Below are positions 59,118-64,000 of a stretch of DNA of 64,000 nucleotides, piece by piece (position 1 is the stretch's first letter; the number at the start of each line of letters is the position of its first letter). This stretch comes from a virus. The position numbers were made by a program, and so were the translations under genes. Below the pieces are notes generated by a model. It did not search any database. It was not told where the DNA came from and was given only the letters and a program-made list of their open reading frames with translations. The stretch covers positions 32,001-96,000 of IMG/VR virus record IMGVR_UViG_3300008267_000004. One strand, 5' to 3'.

Positions 59118-59329
59118 TATTCATCCCTTTCGTCAACCGTGACGGTTGCAATCTCAATCCTGGACGTATCGTGTCCAAAGTACAACCAAGCAGAATCGCC
59201 GTCGTACTTGTATTCACTCATGTCATACCTGCGCTCGACAAACGCCTTTGCCTTCTCATACGTCGAGAAAAGAGCAACCGTCTGCTCGCCCTGATATGCT
59301 TCAACATCCAAAACCGCGTAAACGTCCAT
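59117..59329 (-). CDS. Hypothetical early protein
   Basis: 70-aa ORF; VALFSTYEKAKAF. Confidence 0.7.
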   Translation of the reverse strand: MDVYAVLDVEAYQGEQTVALFSTYEKAKAFVERRYDMSEYKYDGDSAWLYFGHDTSRIEIATVTVDERDE

Positions 59330-59544
59330 TACCCACGCTCCACATTAAAAGTGTTTGACCAAGGATTCTCGTTTGTCCACTGATCCCAAAGCTGCCGAGT
59401 ATTGAGCAAAACATCGTCGCCATCATTAGCGTCGAGCATCTCGCGAGTAATACCAAGCACCTGCATCTCGTGCGTTTCGCAAAGCACAGCAGATGGAGCA
59501 AAAGTCTTTTCACCACAAGTAGCACAACCGAAAGTCTGCATCAT
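59329..59544 (-). CDS. Small protein with CxxC..C-H motif
   Basis: GCATCG..LCETH; AAGGAG RBS. Confidence 0.65.
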   Translation of the reverse strand: MMQTFGCATCGEKTFAPSAVLCETHEMQVLGITREMLDANDGDDVLLNTRQLWDQWTNENPWSNTFNVERG

Positions 59545-59561
59545 ATCTCCTTTTAAGTATT

Positions 59562-59608
59562 AACCCGTTGCGCCGTGCCGGGGGCTGGTTTGCCCCCGGA
59601 ACCGGGTT
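59562..59608 (-). ncRNA. Two-stem RNA motif, copy B
   Basis: AACCCGGTT-CCGGGGG-CAAACCAG-CCCCCGG-CACGGCGC-AACGGGTT. Confidence 0.55.
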
Positions 59609-59613
59609 ATATG

Positions 59614-60000
59614 CTAGTCGTCCGACTTGCGGCGCTTCGCGTTCTGCGCGTCGTAATCACGCAGAATCGCCTTTGCCTGCTCGACGGTATCCGCATCGAG
59701 CGTCTGACCAACCGACAGCATACGCATAAACGCAGCCATCTGATTCTTAACGGTTGCCTTCACAACCGGACCCTTTGCAACCGGCTTTGCACCAGCAACA
59801 AAGAAACCACCTTCCGAACCCTTGCCGGATTCCAGCTTACCGCTCGACTTTGCGGCCTTAATCTCGGCCTTCGAGAATCCGCCAACATACTCGATTGCAC
59901 CCATCGGGCAACCGCGATTCTCGTTAGCGTTGAACTTCCGAACGAAAGCAACAATCGCCTCCATCTTAGAAGCCGAAACCGTACCATTAGCCTTAGCCAT
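59614..60000 (-). CDS. Winged-helix-like protein, paralog 2
   Basis: Paralog of 57244..57621; GKLESGKGSEGGFF. Confidence 0.6.
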   Translation of the reverse strand: MAKANGTVSASKMEAIVAFVRKFNANENRGCPMGAIEYVGGFSKAEIKAAKSSGKLESGKGSEGGFFVAGAKPVAKGPVVKATVKNQMAAFMRMLSVGQTLDADTVEQAKAILRDYDAQNAKRRKSDD

Positions 60001-60070
60001 TGTCTTTCCTTACTTTCTGCGGGAAACCCGCATTGTTGGAGGCATTATTGCCTCTCAACCTTACCTGCAC

Positions 60071-60124
60071 ATTCTACCACAGCACCGCGCTGCGGTCAAG
60101 AACAAAAAAACACTCTCTTTAGAA
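60071..60124 (-). promoter_or_regulatory. Promoter cassette, class B
   Basis: TTCTAA-N7-GTTT box, TTGACC-17-TAGAAT, TAAGGTTGA leader. Confidence 0.75.
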
Positions 60125-60177
60125 CCTTCTCTTTTGTGTTGACCGCTTCACTTGCAGCGCGTCAACCTTACCAACAC

Positions 60178-60252
60178 ATTCTATCATGGGTCGCGCCGAG
60201 GGTCCAGAGACTAGCTGTGAACCCGACCCACTACTAAACCAGCTCTTTAGAG
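60178..60252 (-). promoter_or_regulatory. Promoter cassette, class A
   Basis: Full box 43 nt upstream of TG-n-TAGAAT; TAAGGTTGA leader. Confidence 0.7.
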
Positions 60253-60276
60253 TAGCTGGGAGTGAACCCACTTTCA

Positions 60277-60468
60277 CTACCGGGGACGGTTCATTGCCCA
60301 CGTATTGTAGAGATTGAAAGCGTCCTCATACTCGCGGACATAGAAAATCCGCATATCCTCAACAAAGAGTTCCATATCGACAGAATCGACAAAGAAATCC
60401 CAACCATTCGCATAGTTGGCCTTTGCGTGACCGAGGATATCATTGTACCAAGTTTCGAGAATCGTCAT
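60277..60468 (-). CDS. Hypothetical early protein (63 aa)
   Basis: Start MTILET after AAGGA RBS. Confidence 0.6.
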   Translation of the reverse strand: MTILETWYNDILGHAKANYANGWDFFVDSVDMELFVEDMRIFYVREYEDAFNLYNTWAMNRPR

Positions 60469-60522
60469 TCTTTCTTCCTTTTGTTTCCCGGTGGGGTCAT
60501 TCCCAACCATCGAACAGGTTCG

Positions 60523-60597
60523 ATTATACCGCAAGACGTGCCAGAACACCAGAGACTGACAGTGTACTCAACCCACTATTAAACTCGGTCTTTAGAA
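60523..60597 (-). promoter_or_regulatory. Promoter cassette, class A
   Basis: TTCTAA-N7-GTTT-N4-GTGGGT, 43 nt upstream of TATAAT. Confidence 0.7.
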
Positions 60598-60771
60598 GCT
60601 GTCACTGTGAGTGTTACCATCTTCACTCCAGATATTCCATGAATAAACAGGACCATCCCAAGTATCATTGTCAAACTTGACAATCCAGCGATCACCAAAA
60701 CCGCTCACAACAATGCCAGTTCCATTGATTCGCGTCGAGATTCGCATTCCGATCTTGATATTGTTTGTCAT
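60592..60771 (-). CDS. Small SH3/KOW-like protein (59 aa, not in track)
   Basis: MTNNIKIGMRISTRINGTGIVV..WIVKFD. Confidence 0.65.
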   Translation of the reverse strand: MTNNIKIGMRISTRINGTGIVVSGFGDRWIVKFDNDTWDGPVYSWNIWSEDGNTHSDSF

Positions 60772-60823
60772 TGTTTTATTCCTTCTTTATTGTGAGGTTC
60801 ATTCCTCATCAACTTATAGACCT

Positions 60824-60897
60824 ATTGTACCAGAACCACAGAAAACCACAAGCGACCAGGAGTGGAATCGACCCACAAAGAAACAACATGGTTAGAG
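60824..60897 (-). promoter_or_regulatory. Promoter cassette, class A
   Basis: Full box 42 nt upstream of TG-n-TACAAT; TAAGTTGA leader. Confidence 0.7.
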
Positions 60898-60948
60898 CAA
60901 AGCGGCACCCACACTACCAGCGAAGCCTCGAGACACCAGGAGTGAAAC

Positions 60949-61098
60949 GGCGGCTGGTTTACTCTATCCGTAGGATATAGGCGGCTGGCTTTGCCCACAC
61001 TCGCCACTCTCAGTAGTTTATCACAGATTCCCCACCCACACCAGCGACCCTGTGTGAAGTGGACAGGGAATCAAACACTACGGATAGAACCAGCCGCC
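60949..61098. repeat. 150-bp element with 21-bp terminal inverted repeats and nested hairpins
   Basis: GGCGGCTGGTT(tact)CTATCCGTAG ... CTACGGATAGAACCAGCCGCC; inner GATTCCC/GGGAATC. Confidence 0.7.
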
Positions 61099-61257
61099 TG
61101 TGTAATCGGTTTGACTGGCAGTGCGTGTGTTTACCTTATTCACCCGCAGCATATCTGTTTGCTGTTGAACACTGTGTAAGGGACTTCACCAACCGTGTTC
61201 TCTGATACTGGGATATCCTAAGTAATCAGTTTCTAGCTATATAGGTAACAGGGTTTA

Positions 61258-61446
61258 TCATGCATATGCTGGAACTAGTTTACCCATGCACATTTCACTA
61301 ACATATACAGTAACTTCCTTGCCTGTACGATTTACATAATTCTGGGATATAGTCCATGCTTCTTCATCATTTGAAGCTAATATAGCTTGTACATACTCGC
61401 GTCTGCTTTTATCTTTATCTGCTGTTTTCAGAACATAGCATACCAT
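61258..61446 (-). CDS. Small hypothetical protein
   Basis: 62-aa ORF with AAGGGG RBS. Confidence 0.55.
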   Translation of the reverse strand: MVCYVLKTADKDKSRREYVQAILASNDEEAWTISQNYVNRTGKEVTVYVSEMCMGKLVPAYA

Positions 61447-61473
61447 GTTTAAATCCCCTTATAAAGCTGCCCT

Positions 61474-61614
61474 TTAATATCCACCATTTAGCTTATCGGT
61501 TACAATCTCAATTGCCAGGTTATCATAATAGATCTTTACGATTTTGTTTTTTGTTTTCTCCCCACTTTCGACAATTACGGTTAGCGTTGGTTTAGTGTTC
61601 TTTACGGTATACAC
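61474..61614 (-). CDS. Small hypothetical protein (46 aa, GTG start)
   Basis: AAAGGA RBS; downstream of the promoter at 61668..61696. Confidence 0.45.
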   Translation of the reverse strand: MYTVKNTKPTLTVIVESGEKTKNKIVKIYYDNLAIEIVTDKLNGGY

Positions 61615-61667
61615 GGCATATCCTTTATATTGTTAAGTTACCCATATGGACCACAAATGCATCTTGC

Positions 61668-61696
61668 ATTATATCACGGGCTGATTGTGAAGTCAA
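61668..61696 (-). promoter_or_regulatory. Sigma-70 promoter
   Basis: TTGACT-17 nt-TATAAT. Confidence 0.8.
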
Positions 61697-61897
61697 CCCC
61701 TTTTTATACTGCACCGATAGAGTAGACACTTGCGCCTTATCCTATACCCCCTACTATATCGGTAGGATAGTGGCACCCTATGCGTAGAGCTATACTGGTG
61801 GAATACTACTCCCACATAGCAAATTCATCAGGTTGTATTGACATATCCGAGCAGCCCATATATAACCTAAATACCTTTTTTATGTCATTTTTTTCTA

Positions 61898-62179
61898 TTA
61901 GCCTATATACAGCAGGATATGCCGTATCTCTCCTATCTCCATTCCCCTATCTATTCCCCCCTCAACCAACTCATAAAACAATTGCAGCGATGATTCCGTT
62001 ATACACTCATAACTTCCATAATCTCTCTCCCTCTCTACATCTACATAATAGTATCTTGTTTGCAACGCTGTAGTCATTAACTGGTTAACACCTGTTGGTA
62101 TCAGGTAAGCTGGATATGGTGATGCTTTATTACTTGGTTTTCTTTTGTATATCCTCCCAAGCTTAATCATTCTTGCCAC
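61898..62179 (-). CDS. G[RK]xY[KR] paralog family member
   Basis: MIKLGRIYKRK..YPAYLIPT. Confidence 0.65.
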   Translation of the reverse strand: MARMIKLGRIYKRKPSNKASPYPAYLIPTGVNQLMTTALQTRYYYVDVERERDYGSYECITESSLQLFYELVEGGIDRGMEIGEIRHILLYIG

Positions 62180-62418
62180 TCACCTTCTTCTATAACCTTA
62201 TAGAACGATGTGATATCATACTCGCTTATAGGTCTCCCCGATACAGATGCATAACCTATATCGTAGTATCTATACATTGTCATATAATATTCTTTTTGTC
62301 GATATACTTTATGTGTTAATATCATGTATCTTGGAAATGTTGCAATTGCTGAATAGTTCTCTAATGACTTTAACTTATATACCTTCCCTAGATATACTTT
62401 TTCTTTTGTCATTCCCAA
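62167..62418 (-). CDS. G[RK]xY[KR] paralog family member
   Basis: VYLGKVYKLK. Confidence 0.65.
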   Translation of the reverse strand: MGMTKEKVYLGKVYKLKSLENYSAIATFPRYMILTHKVYRQKEYYMTMYRYYDIGYASVSGRPISEYDITSFYKVIEEGEWQE

Positions 62419-62612
62419 AAACTATCCTCCATGAGTCTCCATCTTGTTATAAACTCGCCTAGCTTCATTATTGCATAGTTACCAGTTTCAATCACATTAT
62501 ACTTAACAAACTGCGCCTCTATTATGTTGATAAACTCGGTTGGGACGATGTACTCATTTGTTTTTAAGCTCTTGTATATCCTACCAAGTTTTACCACTGT
62601 TGTCTCCAGCAT
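62409..62612 (-). CDS. G[RK]xY[KR] paralog family member
   Basis: VKLGRIYKS..EYIVPTEF. Confidence 0.65.
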   Translation of the reverse strand: MLETTVVKLGRIYKSLKTNEYIVPTEFINIIEAQFVKYNVIETGNYAIMKLGEFITRWRLMEDSFWE

Positions 62613-62840
62613 TTAAACATCATCCTCAACCAACTGGTAATGGAAATACAGATCCACATGGGATATATATGCAATTGATTCCTTGTCCTTGTCTATCCTG
62701 TGATATGAATATCTTTTGTTACCCATTCTATCGCCTACTGAGTAGTCGCCTGTTATCAGGACATATTCTGGATATATACTTTGTTGATTGGGGTTTCTTT
62801 TGTATATCCTGCCTATCTTGATTTTTTCTTTCTTGTCCAT
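62613..62840 (-). CDS. G[RK]xY[KR] paralog family member
   Basis: IKIGRIYKRN..YPEYVLIT. Confidence 0.65.
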   Translation of the reverse strand: MDKKEKIKIGRIYKRNPNQQSIYPEYVLITGDYSVGDRMGNKRYSYHRIDKDKESIAYISHVDLYFHYQLVEDDV

Positions 62841-63072
62841 CTAGTTCTTCCTCAATTAATTTTATCCACTCTCCCAATTCAATTGCAGTTTCCTCCACAT
62901 ATTTTGGATCACCGTGTTTCTGTTCTGCATCTGCTCTATTGTTCATCCATACAAACTCTACAAACTTTCCTTGTTCTTCTTGTCTAAACCCCGTTACACA
63001 ATATATGTCTGGAGGTCTTTTTTGATCAAGGATGTTTATATAAAGTTTTCCTATCTCTATTTTATTTCCCAT
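62728..63072 (-). CDS. G[RK]xY paralog family member with a C-terminal run-on over the next gene
   Basis: IEIGKLYIN; last ~38 codons overlap 62613..62840. Confidence 0.55.
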   Translation of the reverse strand: MGNKIEIGKLYINILDQKRPPDIYCVTGFRQEEQGKFVEFVWMNNRADAEQKHGDPKYVEETAIELGEWIKLIEEELDGQERKNQDRQDIQKKPQSTKYISRICPDNRRLLSRR

Positions 63073-63158
63073 TTAGCTTTTGCCTTATGCCATACTTCCA
63101 TAGAGATCCATGATTCTGTTGCCCTTATCTTATAAATCTTTCCTAGTTTTATTTTCAT
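63057..63158 (-). pseudogene. Short (33 aa), possibly truncated G[RK]xY[KR] family copy
   Basis: MKIKLGKIYKIRATESW..; about half the length of its paralogs. Confidence 0.4.
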
Positions 63159-63637
63159 GTCTCTCTCATATAATTTATGACCATCTCCAATTCCTCTAGG
63201 GTTGCATTGTTCTTTAATGCATTTGCCCTATAGCTTATAACTTTAATATTTCCTTTAATGTATCCTTTGTTATTGTCTACGCGATCCAAGGTTGGAAGAT
63301 TGGGTGAGTTTTTTGTTATTGCATCTGGGTTCTTTTCGATCTTGATTCCTAATACAGGGCAATACTCTGGAATGTTTATATCTTCTTTTGTGATATTGAA
63401 TTCAATATTTTTCTCTTTTGATCTTGTCTTTGCTTTTGTTAGCATTGTAGATACCCAACCACCTTTTGTTGACAAGGCCCACTTGCGGTTATTTATCTGC
63501 TTACATGATTTACAAACAAAGTATTTCCCTACGTTTCCACTTTTTTTATATTTTCTATCTGTGAACTCTGAAAGATCTTTTTCTTGTTTGCATCCATTAC
63601 AAAATTTTGTTGTTTTGTTTTCCATTATTTTACCCAT
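63155..63637 (-). CDS. HNH/endonuclease VII-like putative homing endonuclease
   Basis: CNGC..CKSC zinc finger; CPVLG..PTLDRVDNNKGYIKGNIKVISYRAN. Confidence 0.75.
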   Translation of the reverse strand: MGKIMENKTTKFCNGCKQEKDLSEFTDRKYKKSGNVGKYFVCKSCKQINNRKWALSTKGGWVSTMLTKAKTRSKEKNIEFNITKEDINIPEYCPVLGIKIEKNPDAITKNSPNLPTLDRVDNNKGYIKGNIKVISYRANALKNNATLEELEMVINYMRET

Positions 63638-63846
63638 TTAGTTACTAACTTCCAATGACCTATATAATCTATATCTGATCCGTGTGATGGTTCAAACATT
63701 CTACCATTTATTCCTTCAACTGGTTTTCCGCCAACAACTGTAAATGCTACATAATATCCACCAGCAGCATTTCTATCCTCTATTACCTCATCAACTAGTA
63801 CATATTCACAATTGCTTGCTCGATAGATTCTACCCGGTATTAACAT
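63625..63846 (-). CDS. G[RK]xY[KR] paralog family member
   Basis: MLIPGRIYRAS..EYVLV. Confidence 0.6.
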   Translation of the reverse strand: MLIPGRIYRASNCEYVLVDEVIEDRNAAGGYYVAFTVVGGKPVEGINGRMFEPSHGSDIDYIGHWKLVTKWVK

Positions 63847-64000
63847 TTTCCACCAACCCGTATCCGTCTATAAAACCTTTTACTGTTATATAACCATCAT
63901 GCTTGGGATCGTCTAAGCGGACAACATGAATCATATGAGAGTCTCTCATGTATTCAGTTGGAACGACATAATCATCACCTTGCCATCTTCTATTTTTATA
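63830..64000 (-). CDS. Partial G[RK]xY[KR] family member (5' end outside the window)
   Basis: ..YKNRRWQGDDYVVPTEY.., stop TAG at 63830. Confidence 0.55.
   Translation of the reverse strand, partial: YKNRRWQGDDYVVPTEYMRDSHMIHVVRLDDPKHDGYITVKGFIDGYGLVENVNTG

Larger units (their letters stand above)
55760..61250. other. High-GC island of small early-type genes and repeated promoters
   Basis: About 50% GC against about 25-32% in the flanks (by eye); boundaries approximate. Confidence 0.75.

Noticed and set aside
57190-59608. Ordinary intrinsic terminators as the explanation of the three two-stem elements
   Set aside because: No U tract follows them, and the unpaired CCAG and CANGGCGC are conserved while the stems covary.
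58569-60897. Degenerate CRISPR array or replication iterons for the ACCCAC box
   Set aside because: Spacing between copies is irregular and genes intervene, while spacing to -10 hexamers is fixed.
56213-61179. Numerous plus-strand and long overlapping ORFs in the GC island
   Set aside because: Higher GC lengthens chance ORFs. RBSs, coupling and promoters all support the minus-strand set, and several track ORFs run across promoter or repeat DNA.

Overview
64 kb of a large, AT-rich (roughly 25-32% GC by eye) contractile-tailed jumbo phage genome. Every supported gene lies on the minus strand in the standard genetic code. In plus-strand order: (1) a baseplate/tail module (1-20.4 kb) that includes a >2455-aa ORF absent from the supplied track, T4 gp6-like and gp25-like wedge proteins, a 2226-aa unknown and an NlpC/P60 protein; (2) a sigma-70-like factor; (3) a ~14.5-kb, 19-gene glycan-biosynthesis cluster (fcl, gmd, split HldE, glycosyltransferases, HADs, cupins, an NTP-transferase) with an embedded form IV RuBisCO-like protein; (4) an RNA/protein quality-control block (PIN-PhoH, TrmH methylase, tRNA-Ala, tRNA-Gly, a compact tmRNA, a ClpP-like protease), plus a CxxCH cytochrome-c-like exported protein, a GH19 endolysin and a candidate kissing-loop ncRNA; (5) putative head-packaged proteins, including two tandem protein-kinase-like paralogs; (6) a ~5.4-kb island of ~50% GC (55.8-61.2 kb) of very small genes; (7) an array of small paralogous genes with an HNH-type endonuclease inserted. 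The island looks like an early/host-takeover region. It holds seven promoter cassettes sharing an upstream box at two spacings 21 bp apart, a three-copy covarying RNA motif, and two winged-helix-like paralogs that may form a self-contained regulatory circuit. Sigma-70 promoters, lipoproteins, heptose enzymes and a c-type cytochrome suggest a Gram-negative host. Family assignments come from motif recognition by eye; no database searches were run.
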